64,000 nt of DNA from the human T2T-CHM13v2.0 reference genome, Homo sapiens. Below the pieces are notes generated by a model that did not search any database, was not told the origin of the DNA, and saw only the letters and a list, made by a program, of their open reading frames with translations. How positions within the stretch are numbered: the first letter of the stretch is position 1; every line of letters starts with the position of its first letter. This document shows positions 39,746 to 53,840 of this stretch, one piece after another. Where the stretch lies: NCBI RefSeq assembly GCF_009914755.1, contig NC_060926.1; one strand, written 5' to 3'. The translations under genes were made by a program, and so were the position numbers.

Positions 39746-41019
39746 TATGCTGGCTCCTGCTTTTGTCTTCTTTACTGAGAACGCCAGGTGCCCCCACCCG
39801 GCTGGAGTCAAGCCCAGGCTAGTATTTTACCAGACACCCTATTCTATTACCCAGGCAGATTTTAGGAGACGGCCTGAAGGTGAATGTCAATTTTTACGTG
39901 TGTGAGTATGTCCATTTTTTCTCTGAAGACAAAGTCTAGGGCTTTCAGCTTATTCTCCAAGGCACTCATGACCACCCCAGCATCTCAGGGAGAGAAAGAA
40001 AACTGTACTCTTGGAAAGCACAGAAAGTAAGAACATACATTTATGTTTGAGAAAACAGTTCCATGTGTTGGAAAGAGCATTACACCATGAGTCATAAAAC
40101 TCAACTTTTAGTCTTGCCTCAACCATAAAAGGACTATGACAAATGCCTTATCAGAGCTCAGCTTCCATTTATTTGTTTGAAGAGGACATCATAATAACTC
40201 CTTCCCTTGCCTCTTACAGTTGTGGGGATTGTACTAGGTAATGGATGTGAAAGCACCTTTTAAAGCAGAAAACACCACACCAATACATACATGATAATGT
40301 AAGGTTCAGATGCTTCATCAGGTGAACTGTTTGCAGCTGGCCTGTGTAGTACAAAAAATTATGAGAAAATAAAGCTTAAGTTATACTTTTCTTCTTGCTC
40401 TACTTATGTAAAATAACATCATTATCTCTGAAATAATTTATTAAAAATAAGCAAGCAGAAATTCTTTGTGAAAGGAGAGAATTCTATAAATATTGTTTGA
40501 TTTGACCCAATCTACTATAATCCTTAGAGGTACCTGGCTTCCCCCAAAGGTTTGCTTTAATTGCATGTCACTGCTAACTTCCTTGTAAAGAGACAGGCCT
40601 CTGCCATTCCTTCTAATTATCCAAATCACTGGCCACTGTGTGTGGCCTTACCTAAGGCTTTTAACCAGAAGTAATGTCACTAAATTAAAGCAGGTGGGAG
40701 GTGTCCCTATTGCAATGACTGTAATAAATGCTACATGACATTCCTTTAAGACCATTTGGAAATATTCTTTGCAGAGATACACCAATTCCAACATAATTCA
40801 TCAGTTAAAAACATTAATAACCACAAGCCTACATGTAAACTGCCTCTCACTAGAGGAAACATATTCCATCTATAAAGAACATAACTTTGGCAACCTCACT
40901 TCAGGCCTAGGCTGTCCTGAAAAAGAACATTACATAGTCAGTACAATTATGTGGCTATTTCTGTTGCTTCCCCAAACCCAGAAGCAATGGCATTAATTGA
41001 TATTGGCATTCATAATGTA

Positions 41020-41200
41020 CTAATAACAAACAACATTCATTAACGTATTCCTACATGCAAATGTCACGTACACCTCTTTATATACATTTTATAATTTCAT
41101 ATGCACAATCCTGTGTGTACAGTTATTGTGCCCCATCTACAGCTGTGACAACCGAGGCCTTGAGAGGTTAAGTTACTTCTGCCTGAAGTGCCAGAGAAGC
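41020..41200 (-). mobile_element. MIR
   Basis: ccccatctacagctgtgacaaccgaggccttgagaggttaagttactt. Confidence 0.6.
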
Positions 41201-42438
41201 ACTAAGGAGAAATAGAGCATATGTGGAACCGACCAGGAGACTGCACAGAGGAGGCTGAGACAAATTGCTCTAAATTATCATGATCTATGTGACAGTTGTA
41301 TAAACATCAAGAATGTGCAACATACATTTTTAACATCTGGAGCTACATGGTAAAAATGCTGAAATAATAACATTTCTTATTAATAACAAGCATTTCTTCA
41401 GTGCTTCTACAATTTTACATTTGTAAGTTGGAAATAGGAGGTTGTCATGTTTTTTAGATTCTTAAATATTTCAGCTCAATTTTAAACCAAAATATTTAAG
41501 AGGAATAACACAAGATGCTTGAATTTTCATAATTCTTCATTCTTAAGTTGTAACATGGATGTTTTTGGCTTGTGAAAATTCATCAGAGTGTATACTTATG
41601 GTCTAGACACTTTCCTGTGTGTATGCTATACTTTAACAAAGTTTCAAAACTGTATCTATATACCTATATACTCATGTTTCATCACTATTTTCTATACTTT
41701 CCAAGAAGTGAACATCAGGCTGTTGCTATACCTTTTAATTTTCTCCACAATAATTTTCCTTTACAATGAAAATCTCTGGAACAGCATCTTGGTAAATCTC
41801 TAGGTAAATTTTTGTTGACATCAGAAAACTTATAACCCACACATCAAGCCTGAATTCCTGATCCAGAGACTCAAACAGCTCTCTGTGTGGTAGCTCTTGC
41901 TTAGAAGGTCAAAAAGCAGTTTGTTACAAATAAAAAGCAGAGATCAAAAGGGGCTGCTACTCTTTTTCTGTGGACCCTGTTTTTCAGGACAAGCACTGTG
42001 CTAGCCAACAGGAGAATGGGGTAGGGAGGAAGCTTGTTTTGCTGAGATGAGGGCAGTTGCCTGGCAAAACCTTGTCCTTCCTGCCCACCTAAACGAGATT
42101 TGAATAGAAACACTTCCTAGGATAGGCACTGCTCCCCGCCCTCAGTCCTGTAACAGGGTGTGTCTAACCTTTTATTCCTCTTCCCTCATCACCAGTTGGA
42201 GTAACCATCAGGCACCTGGGAATAGAGTGATAATAACAGAGTGACTTTATTAAAATCATTTAAAAATGATTTTTTAAATAGCTAAACTAAAGCCTTTGTT
42301 TCTGTATTTCATCCACAAACTTGCTCAATTCTAACCAGCGGTGTAATCTAATTCACATTTATTTTTATCAATAGTATCTACAGTAGAAAATTATCTATCA
42401 AAGGTCAGGGCTTAAGTAAATGTAGCTCTGTGGACGGT

Positions 42439-42950
42439 GTATTAGGAGATGGCTCAGCTACTGAAACAAAGACTCACCAGCCACCCTGCCCAATACAAAC
42501 AACCAAAGCAACACAGTGCTCCAAACAAGAGAGAAATTTCTCTTTTACATAAAAGTCTGAATGCAAGCAGCCCAGGGCTGGTTCCACAGCTCTACATCGT
42601 TAGGAACCCAGGGATTGTTAAATCTTGCTCTGCCATCCTCAACACGTGCCACCCTTAACCAGTGCCATCTGTCTCACAGTCTGAGTTGGCTGCTCCAGAT
42701 CTCACCATCTCAACCAATTCCATCCAGAGATGGCAGGAAAATGGAAAATGGAGGATATGCCTCTTTCTCTTAAGGGAATAATCCATAAGTGGAACACTAC
42801 ACATTTCCCATTGGCCAGAACTTCCACAGATGGACACAACTAGCTTAAAGGGAGGCTGGAAAATGTGATTATTAGCTGGACAGCCACATGCTCTGCTAAA
42901 CTTTGAAATACTAAAGAAAGAAGGAGAGACCGGACGTTGGGAAACAACAA
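42439..42950 (-). mobile_element. MLT1 solo LTR
   Basis: tgtattagg...catttcccattggccagaactt...ctagcttaaagggaggctggaaaatgtg. Confidence 0.7.
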
Positions 42951-42959
42951 GTGAAACAT

Positions 42960-43260
42960 GCATTCATTCATTCATCCATGTAATTATTCATTTATCCATA
43001 AACACTGGATGCCAGGCACTGTTCTGGTGTTAGGGATATACAAATAAAGCACCATCCTCTATCTCCTACCTCAAGGGGTTTACAGTCTTTGAGGAAACAT
43101 ACATAGGAACAAACTGATAATAATTTTAAAAATTGCTACAAAAATAAAACAAAACAAATGGCTCTACCAGAATTATGCACAAAGTACAAAACTGCCTGGG
43201 AGAACCAAGAAAGCTCAGAGAGGAGGCAGCCTTTGTGCTGATATTTGAAGGATAAAAATA
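42960..43260 (-). mobile_element. LINE-2 3' end
   Basis: (cattt/catt)n tail and tgccaggcactgttctggtgttaggg. Confidence 0.7.
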
Positions 43261-43264
43261 CCTA

Positions 43265-43480
43265 CAACAATATTATAGCATTTCTTTAGCAATTACTCTG
43301 TACCAGACACAGTACTAAATCCTTTATATATATATTAATATTTTATCCCTACAAAAACCCTACATGACAAGAAAATTATTATCATCCCCACGTTGCTGAT
43401 GAGAAAACTGAGGCATTGTAAGTAGCAGAAGAGGGATTTGAATGTGAACTGACTCCAGAACCTGAGCCTGCACTACCTTT
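43265..43480 (-). mobile_element. MIR
   Basis: attatcatcccc...gatgagaaaactgaggca...gggatttgaa...tgactccaga. Confidence 0.75.
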
Positions 43481-44924
43481 CATGAGTAAAGAAGGAATTC
43501 ACCTTCATCACCTAAATCTTCTAATGCCTTTTTGCCATGTAAAGGAAAGGAACCATAGCACAAGAGGGGAAAATGAAAGATTAGAGGGTCCCAGAAGCCT
43601 GCCTAAGACACAACGAGATGAAACTCAAACTGCAATGCAAGTGTCTGTCTTTCACTTCTCTCCCTGAGAGGGGCTGGTTCTCAATGCACAGTCCAGGGAA
43701 ACACTGGAAGATCCCAAGGGTCTGTAAAATGTTCTCCAGAATATTATGACTTACAAATTATATGGCCATGTTTGTACCTTTATTCCAAAACCATATTTAT
43801 TTGTATTAACTAGAACTCAGACATCCACTCCTTTGAGAATATAATCCATTCACTTAATTCTGGGGCAATAAATTTTTGTGTTGCCATGAGGGGAAGCAAT
43901 TTTCCAATATAGAAACAGTCCACAACCTAAAAAAGAGTTTGACCTTCAATGAAATAAATGATGCATTTGGAGAAGCTCTTCTGCCTCGATGATCCTATTG
44001 GGCAAAACAGAATTTGTTCATTTGCAGCAGTTATTTACTATGCTTCTTCTATTATTCTAAACAGATTGTCTTCCATTTGAAAGATGCTGGCCCTAAAGAT
44101 GAAGGGAAAAAACACAAGTGAAGGCATTCAGTGAAAGCTTGGGAATATTTTGGCATGTTTCAATGAGTCTCTTTTTCTCTTGTTTTCTTCTGGTCATTTC
44201 ATACCCTTGATTAGTAATTTTACACCCAAATAGTAAAATATGAAATACTTTTTAATACTGCCATGGTGGTAAAAGTGTTTAGTTTTTATGATGTGTCTCC
44301 AGAGATAGATCTTTAGCAGTATATAGTGAGGTTAATTCAGCATAAAATAGTATAATACCTTTCTTATTTCTGTTCATTCATTTAGAAATTATGAGCTGAA
44401 TTCTAGCAAAATCTCCACCCCACTGGCTGGAGACTAGTGTTTTAAAACATTGGGGGTTCTCTTTTTCTCTTTCAGGGAGGTTAAAAGTGTTTCCAATCAA
44501 TTTTTTAAAGAATCAAATAAACATGAATTATTTCCCATTTTATTTTCTCAGATTCCTAGGAGAAGTTACCATTATTGAAAGCTAGCCACTGACCCCTCTC
44601 CTCCTCTTCAGGCTCTCCCGCTCCCTGCATATTTGTGAAATGAGATCTGGAAACCCAACCATCATTTTCCACTGTGCCATTTTGTGAAGATACTAATAAT
44701 ATTTCCCTTGGTTGTATTGTGCAATTGTGTGAGGCAGAGAAAGAAATTGAGTTAGCTACTTGGTAACATAGTAGTGGGGCCAGAAACATTTTTTAAAAAG
44801 AAACAAAGAAAGGAAAGAAAACAGGAAGGCTCCTTTTTGGTCCTTGGGCTATACTTAAAACAGATCCCTGGACTCAGGTGCCTGGAGGCAGTGACACCCA
44901 CCTGTGGAGATGCATTTTCCCCCC

Positions 44925-45013
44925 AGAAAGTCACGTCCCAGGAAGTCACGGAGATCTGTTTCCAAACGCACTAGCATCATGCTCAGGAGTGGGCGGAGGG
45001 CGGGGGTGGGGGG
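44925..45013 (+). promoter_or_regulatory. Candidate cis-regulatory cluster: ETS site, two GC boxes and a G-quadruplex motif
   Basis: CAGGAAGT at 44939; AAGTCACG twice; GGGCGGAGGGCGGGGGTGGGGGG at 44991-45013, in non-repeat sequence. Confidence 0.4.
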
Positions 45014-47100
45014 CAGGAATGAAGGTACCTTTCATATATGCAATTATGTTCACTCCTCCTAATGCCGGCACCTCCAAAAGTCCAAACTGGGCTTGTACAA
45101 TGAGCTACATTCTAACTTAATCTCACAGTCGCTTCTAATTTCAATCTCTAATGAATGCTTGGCACTCCTGTGCTTCCTTTCATAAAAAGACAAAGTTCCT
45201 GCTTCTCACTTCGTAAAAATAGCAAGAACAAGTTAACCTTTAGCTAATATGGATAAGAAAAGGTTAATATGAGTAGAATGAAAACACAATTTCCCCACAA
45301 GTTTAATTTTACAGTGAAATACAAAGCTCTTTAGACTAGATAATTGTTAGTTTTTCTGGGTACTTACTGCATTACCCCACTTGGAAACCTATTAAGAATT
45401 AAAAGTAAACATGTCAAACAAGAACTGCTCCCTAATTAATACTAAGACATGTATGAAAACATTCTTGAATATTAGGCTTAGTAGTATTGTATATTATACT
45501 GTCCTTGCTGATAAAAATTTAAATGTTTCTTCAAATGAAAATGCAGACCAATAAAAGATAGCTAAATATGCAAAATGTAGCAATCCATTTGACACACCAC
45601 AAACCAGTTCTGATAATGTTAAACTGCCTATCTTCATTTTAAAGATTAATTAATTCTAACTACCTTCCTGTGAGAGAACTGATAAACAAAGAGATTGATT
45701 AATAGAGAAGTTAAAAATTATATAACATCATGCCAAGGTGCTGAACCTGAAGTCAGAACTCATTCAGTTGTGACAAAGAGACTGTGATTCTAAAGCCTGA
45801 TTTCTAGCTCCATGTTCCAAACACCATGTCACAAGGAGACATAAAGAAATGTGAGGCAATGCTTCTCAGACCCAGAGAATTTGTTGCTGGTGTTTAAGAG
45901 CAGAAACTAGAACTAACCATAAATATATAAAACCCAAATAAACATAGTGATCTCTTAAACTCTGACCCAAACTTAATCCAAGTAGTAATGATTTTCTCAA
46001 AACTAAACCAAAAGTAATTTTCCAAGGAACAGAACCTAACTTACTAAAACATCAAAGCACAGAAAACTGTGGTGTGTAGAAAAGGCTGTGGGGTCTAGTC
46101 ATGATATGGTCCCCGCACCATGATCTGTATCCAGTCATGTCATCTCCTGAGGGCATTGCAGAATCTCAAAGCGTGTCTTCCTGCCATGACACAATATTTC
46201 TTTTCTTCCCACACCTGTCATGTTTTGAGACAGTGTGGCCAAGTCTAATGAACTAAAGAAGGACAAGAAAACTAAAGAGCATTAGAACTTTGTAGAAAAT
46301 CATGTATGGGGAAGAGAGTGGTACTTCGGAAACAATGTCAGGGAAAGTTTAGTCCAGTAGTCAGACCACAGCCTCCCAACCACCCACAATTCTGCAACAG
46401 CATGTTACCACGTGATACAAGGCAAAAGCATATGTAACCCACCTTCACACTTCACTCTTAAGTAGTGGAAAATGGATTCATCTGTGCTGTTCAGACAGCA
46501 GCCCACATATTGGTCCATGGGATAATTCCATGTAGATGAAAACCCTAGTCTTTCTGGCACTCCATAGCTGTTTGTCAAACTAAATTACTGTTCCTAGACA
46601 CCAAACTGTATTCTTCTGGTCTGAAAAGGCTATCATGTCTCTGAAAGTACTTATCATGGTTACATGCTTACCACACTTAAAAGAGTCTGCAGCCTATTAA
46701 TAGAAACATGTGTAGAATAAAAGGGAGTGGCTGGGTTGTAACCAGAAGAAAGAGCATCAAGACAGATTTTAAAAGTCATAAAATGCAGGTTTTGTTCTTC
46801 GGGTCATTAAAAAACCTGAGCCTATTTTATTGTAGTGAACCTACTGTTTAATACAATAAAATATAACAGTGAGGATCATAGCAGTTTAGTCATATACTAG
46901 GGTACGGAAATTAACTAACACACTGAATTCAGAAAGTCTACTGAATGACACAAAACCTAGATCATGGTAGTAATTTTGTGACGAGCAGCCTCAGATGACT
47001 TTGGACGGTTTGCACAGATAAAGGGGAGCAACAGTTTCATTTCCACTGAGGAGGAATCTATAAATGCCTACCCATATCTCTAAGGTCTAGATTCCAAGCT

Positions 47101-47168
47101 AGCCAGCAAGAATTCTGGTGCAGCAAGAATTCTAGCCAGCAAGAATCTGGCCAGCAAGAATTCTGGTG
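47101..47168. repeat. Short tandem repeat, four copies of a ~16-bp CAGCAAGAATTCT-based unit
   Basis: Seen directly. Confidence 0.85.
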
Positions 47169-48894
47169 ATAGGAGAAAAGCAAGTCACTAGATTCCATTG
47201 CTTTTATTCTATAGTATTTGCCAAAATTGTCAGAGTTGATAGCAAGTGTTTTATATTAAATGTAGAGTATGTGATTCAAAAAAATTGATTTATAGAAATA
47301 GTTTCCAACATTGTCATAATTCCATTAGGACATGATTTTATGAGCTAGCAAGAGAGATGGAGAATTATGTCTAAGTTAATAATAATATACACAAAAGCAA
47401 CTTATTCCTAGATAGTCAACAATTGGCATGTCCATTGAAGAATGAAAGCCCATGATTACCATGTGTTATGTGATAAGAAAAAACTAGCCTGTACATTAAA
47501 TTTTTAAAAATTGTGCCTCTTACTAGTGTTCATAATTGAAGTGTTAAAAATCTAATATACTCTTTCAATAAGGAAATCTAAACAGTTTTCTGTCAGTAAC
47601 AGCAACGTACAGTAGTCTGGAACCTCCTTGAAGTTAATTGCAGCACAGCTCACTAATGAAACTTTCCGTCTATTAAATCTTAACAGGCATAACTATAAAA
47701 ATGGCGCCAAGCTTTCTCCTGCTCTGGAATGTCCCAGCCAGCACTTTGTGGGTTTTACCCTTTATCTTTGTAATCACTGTAATTATTTCAGAGTTGGAAT
47801 AGAATCAAGATCTAAGGATACATTTTTTTCCCAAAGCCTAATTTTTTTCATATTCTCAGGATGGGAAATGTTTGAGATGGGCTACAATAGATGTGACAAC
47901 AAGGGCCAGTTATGTTAATTTCAGTGCAGAACCCATGATAGTGTCCGGGCCTGTTGGATTTTCATTGAGTTCCAGAATACATATATGATACACTAATAAC
48001 TTTTACAGAACTTTGATTTGTTGGTAAATTAATTTTATATCTTATTTTTGATAATTTAAAGATCCAGTTTTGTAAATAATATAAAGGCAGAGGAGACATC
48101 AAAATCATTAGTTCCAATTTTATAGCCTAAACTAGAAAATGCTTCCCTCTTTTCTCTCTTTAAAATATTATTCACCTGAAAATAGGCATTATTCTTAATA
48201 TTGTGAGGTCGTTGGGTGAAAATTAAAAGTAAATTGCAGTTCTTCCCTATATGACTTGTTCTCATTAAGTAAAAAGTCTTATTTTACCGTCTCTAAATTG
48301 TCCCTATGTCCCAATGTTGGAAGGATGACATAACTCTTGCATCAGTTTTCTTAATTTTGCTCAATTCTTCCTAATATTAAAAAGAAGTACTTTAGGGCAG
48401 CACTCCTGGAAAGTACAATTATTTTGTTACTGGTTCTAAGCCTTTGCCCTAAATAGCGGCAGCTAGAGAAAGGAAATGTCTCATTAAGAGATTAATTTGG
48501 GGGCCAACTGAGGATGAATTGTATGCATAATGCAGTATAGTTATCTTTATAAATTAATGTTTTGCTGCAGGATAAACGTACTTGCAGTCTAATGCCCGTT
48601 GGGCATTTTATTCCATTTCTATTTTCTCTTCACATGGCAAATTGGAGCCAAAAAGACAGCATGTTCATATATAATTTTGGCTAAGATAACTAGGACATAA
48701 AACATGTTAATTAACTTCTGAAAAATAAGTTTTGATTAGTTTTATAATATCTGCTTGGCACTTCAATGATAAAGTGAATTTTTGAATGACGCTGCAAACC
48801 AAATTTTCACTTAAACAATTATCAATTCCTACTTTACATATTATGTGGGCATCTCTTTACAACAGGACACAGCATGATATGGATGTATCCACTA

Positions 48895-49085
48895 AAGCAC
48901 GGTTTCTCTAAATGTTATCAATACATGAACCAACTGCATCATAATTACCCAGGGAATTTGTTACAATGGATATCCCTAGGCCAACTGAATCAGAATCTCT
49001 TGGGGTGGGAGGTGGTGTACAGAAATCTGTGTTTTACCAAGCTCCCCAGGTCACTCTAATGCACTAAAACTTATGCATGACTGTG
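48895..49085. mobile_element. MER5-type MITE
   Basis: cacggtttctctaaa...aactgaatcagaatctcttggggtggg...aatctgtgttttaccaagctccccagg. Confidence 0.7.
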
Positions 49086-50225
49086 TTAAAGGAACTTCAG
49101 CATGGTTTATCACCTTTCAATCATTCCACATATAGAGTCATCTTCATTGAACAAAGATTTTTACTCGGCTCCTATCGAGTGCAAGATATTATCCGGAGGG
49201 CTGTAAGGATTACAAAGGTGAAGGCATTGGCATGTTTGCCCTCCAGGCAATCACTATCCAGTTGGAGGGATAAATTAAAGGTAAACAGGAATACAACATA
49301 ACATATCTCAAGGCCAAATAACAATAGTAATAGTGTTCACTTTTAGCAATCCTAAGAGTGGTAAGATAGTAAGAGTGGTCACTTTTGAGCTTATAATATC
49401 TGCAGGTCTATTTATATATTATATTGTATCTCTATTTCTCATAATCCTGGGCAGAAGGTATAATTTTGTTACAAATAAAAAACTCTAAGCTCAGGCAGTG
49501 TAAATGACTTTTACAGTGTCCTGCAGCTTGTAAATGAAAGAGGTAGAGTTGAGGGCAGACTCTATGGCTCCAAAGTCCATGAGCTTTCAGCTCACTATGC
49601 GGGCCTAGCAGGAGCTCACATGGAACAGAGTTGGGATATAGTCTTGTTCTTGTTGATTACTGAAAAACTACCATTGTCACAAACAAAGCTGCGGAGCCTT
49701 AAAGCACAAAGTACCCTTCTCCCTAATATCTACACAGGGGATGTGATTTACTCACAGTGAAACCCCATTCATGACACAGCAAGTGTATTATAGTGGGGTT
49801 TTCTGTGCTTTGTCTCCAATATTCAAGAACAAATTATTTTGTAAAAAAAGTTACAGTTCATTGTGGCCAAAAGTACCATTATTGGAACATAGACTTTTCC
49901 AAGCTATGAATATTCTTTCTGAATTCCTTAACACAGGTATTATTTGGGGCAGATGGAGACCAGTTATAATTCAGATTATTAAAGAAGCATGATTCTTCTT
50001 CAAATGTTGCATTATAGCTAAAAAATCTTACTCTAGATTTTTAAAGACATGGATTCTTAAAATAAACAAACAAAACTAAGCAAAGAATAAAAAAACCAAC
50101 ATAGGCAGAAATAGGCAGAAATTTACCTCATAAAAATAGTAAGTTAAATGGATCAAATGAATTTTGTGCCATCAAAACTTACGCTGTTTTAACTCTGTTA
50201 ATATTAACATAACCCAAATTATTAT

Positions 50226-50520
50226 TATTGTTATTTTTGAGACAAAGTCTCACTCTGTTGCCCAAGCTAGGGTGCAGTGGCATGATCTCGGCTCACTGCA
50301 ACCTCCGCCTTCTGGGTTCAAGCAATTCTCATGCCTCAGCTTCCTGAGTAGCTGGTATTACGAGTACCCACCAACATGCCTGGCTAATTTTTGTATTTTT
50401 AGTAGACATGGGGTTTTGCTGTGTTGGCCAGGCTGGTCTTGAACTCCTGGCTTCAAGTGCTCCACCCACCTTGCCTTCCCAAAGTACTGGGATTACAGGT
50501 GTGAGCCACTGCGCCTGGCC
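50226..50520 (-). mobile_element. AluS/J
   Basis: Full dimer with (TTA)n tail. Confidence 0.94.
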
Positions 50521-50545
50521 CTATACTAATTTTTCTATGTATTAC

Positions 50546-50967
50546 TGTATTAGTCCAATCTCACATTGCTATAAAGAAACACCTGAAACTGGGTAATTTA
50601 TAAAGAAAAGAGGTTTAATTGGCTCACAATTCTGTGGGCTGTATAGGAAGCATGGCAGCATCTGCGTGGCTTCTGGGGAGGCCTCAGGAAACTTAGAATC
50701 ATGGCAGAAGGCAAAGAGGGAGCGGGCACTTCATGTGACTGAAGCAGGAGGAAGCAGGGGGTGGGGCGGTACACACTTTTAAACAACCAGATCTTACAAT
50801 AACTCACTCACCCACTCACTATCATGAAAACAGCACCGAGGGGATGTTGCTAAACCGTTCATGAGAAACTGCCCCTATGATCCAATCGCCTCCCATCAGG
50901 CCCCACTTCCAATATCAGGGATTATAGTTGATACGAGATTTGGTTGGGGACACAGATCCAAACCATA
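50546..50967 (-). mobile_element. MST (MaLR) solo LTR
   Basis: tgtattagtcc...gctataaagaaacacctgaaactgggtaatttataaag...gggacacagatccaaaccata. Confidence 0.92.
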
Positions 50968-51777
50968 TTTATTATTATCTTGAAAGTGTTAAATAAAATT
51001 ATTTTAAATTGTGGTTTTAGTGGGTTTTTAAACTTATTTTTTAGAGCTGGTTTTGGTTCACAGCAAAATTGAGAGAATAATGCAGAGATTACCCATATAA
51101 CCCCACACATGCATAGCCTCCCCAGTTGTCAACATCCCCACTAGAAGGATACATTTGTTACTATTGATGAACCTATACAGACACATCATAATCACCCAAA
51201 GTCTGTAATTTATGTGAGGATTCACTCTCAGTACATTCTATGGGTCTGGATAAATGTGTAATAATGTGTATCCATCATTCTAGTATCACAGGATTATTTT
51301 CACAGCCCTAAAAATCTTTTGTGCTCTGCCTGTTCATTTCCTCACCTCACCTGCCCCTAATCCTGGCAACCAATGATCTTTTTTTTTTTTTAACTGACTC
51401 TATAGTTTTGCCTTTTCCAGAACTATGCCATAGAGTTGGAATCATCCAATATGTAGCCTTTTCAGATTGGCTTCTTACACTTAGCAATATGCATTTAAGG
51501 TTCCTCCATGTCTTTTCTTGGCTGTATGAAGCTATTTACAAAGCTAATTTCTTTTTAGCACTAAAGGATATTCCAGCATCTGTATATACCGCACTTTATT
51601 TATCCATTCACATACTGAAGAATATCTTGGTTGCTTCCAGGTTTTAGCAATTATGAATAAGACTGCTATGTGCAGATTTTTGTGTGGACATAACTTTTCA
51701 ACTCCTCTGAAAAAAACACCAAAGATCACAATGACTGGATTGTGTTGTAAGAGTAGGTTTACTTTTTAAAGAAACTA

Positions 51778-52079
<302 letters not shown>

Positions 52080-52269
52080 GAACTACTAAACTGTCTTCAA
52101 AAGCTGCCGTACCATTTTGCATTCCAACCAGCAATGAATGAGAGTTCCTTTTGCTCCATATCCTCACCAGCATTTGGTGTTGTCAGCATTCCAGATTTTG
52201 GCCATTCTAATAGATGTGTGGTGATATCTCACTGTTTTAATTTGCATTTTCATTTCCATAATGCAGAGC

Positions 52270-52974
<705 letters not shown>

Positions 52975-53533
52975 TAAAGTCTTTGACACATTTTTTAATT
53001 ATGTCATTTGTTTTCTCATTAAGTTTTAAGGGATCTTTGTATATTTTGGATAAGAGTTCTTTATTAGGTGTGTCTTTTGCAAATACTTTCCCCCAGTCTG
53101 TGGTTTATATTCTCATTCTCTTGACATTGTCTTTTACAGAGAATCAGTGTCTAATTTTAATAATGTCCAGCTTATCAACTGTTTCTTCATAGATTGTGCT
53201 TTTAGTGTTGTAGCCAAAGTCATTTCCATACCCAAGGTTATCTAGGTTTTCTCTTGTTATTTTCCAGGAGTTTTATACTTCTACATTTTACATTTAGGTC
53301 TATTTTTAATTAATTTTTGTGAAGGGTTTAAGGTCTATGCCTAGATTCTTTTTTCACTTGTGGATGTCCAGTTGTTCCAGCACCATTTGTTGAAAAGACT
53401 ATCTTTGTTTCATTGTATTGCCTTTGCTTTCTTGCCAAAGATAAGTTGACTGTATTTATGTAGGTTTATTTCTGGGCTCCCTATTCTCTTCTATTGATCT
53501 ATTTGTCTATTCTTTTGCCCATACCTCACTGTC

Positions 53534-53840
53534 TTTTTTTTTTTTTTTTTTTTTTTGAGACAGAGCTTCGCTCTTGTCGCCCAGGCTGGAGTGCAATGGT
53601 GCAATCTTGGCTCACTGCAACCTCCGCCTCCTGGGTTCAATGATTCTCCTGCCTCAGCCTCCTGAGTAGCTGGGATTGCAGGCATGCGCCACCACGCTCA
53701 GCTAATTTTTTTGTATTTTTAGTAGAGATGGGGTTTCTCCATGTTGGTCAGGCTGCTCTCGAACTCCCTACCTCAGGTGATCCACCCGCCTCGGCCTCCC
53801 AAAGTGCTGGGATTACAGACATGAGCCACCGCGCCCAGCC
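53534..53840 (-). mobile_element. AluSq/Sp-like nested in L1MC
   Basis: Full dimer with poly-T; flanks share cactgtctt. Confidence 0.95.

Noticed and set aside
47101-47168. Repeated 13-bp core with short variable linkers, superficially CRISPR-like
   Set aside because: Linkers are 3-4 nt, there are no spacers or cas genes, and the context is primate DNA.
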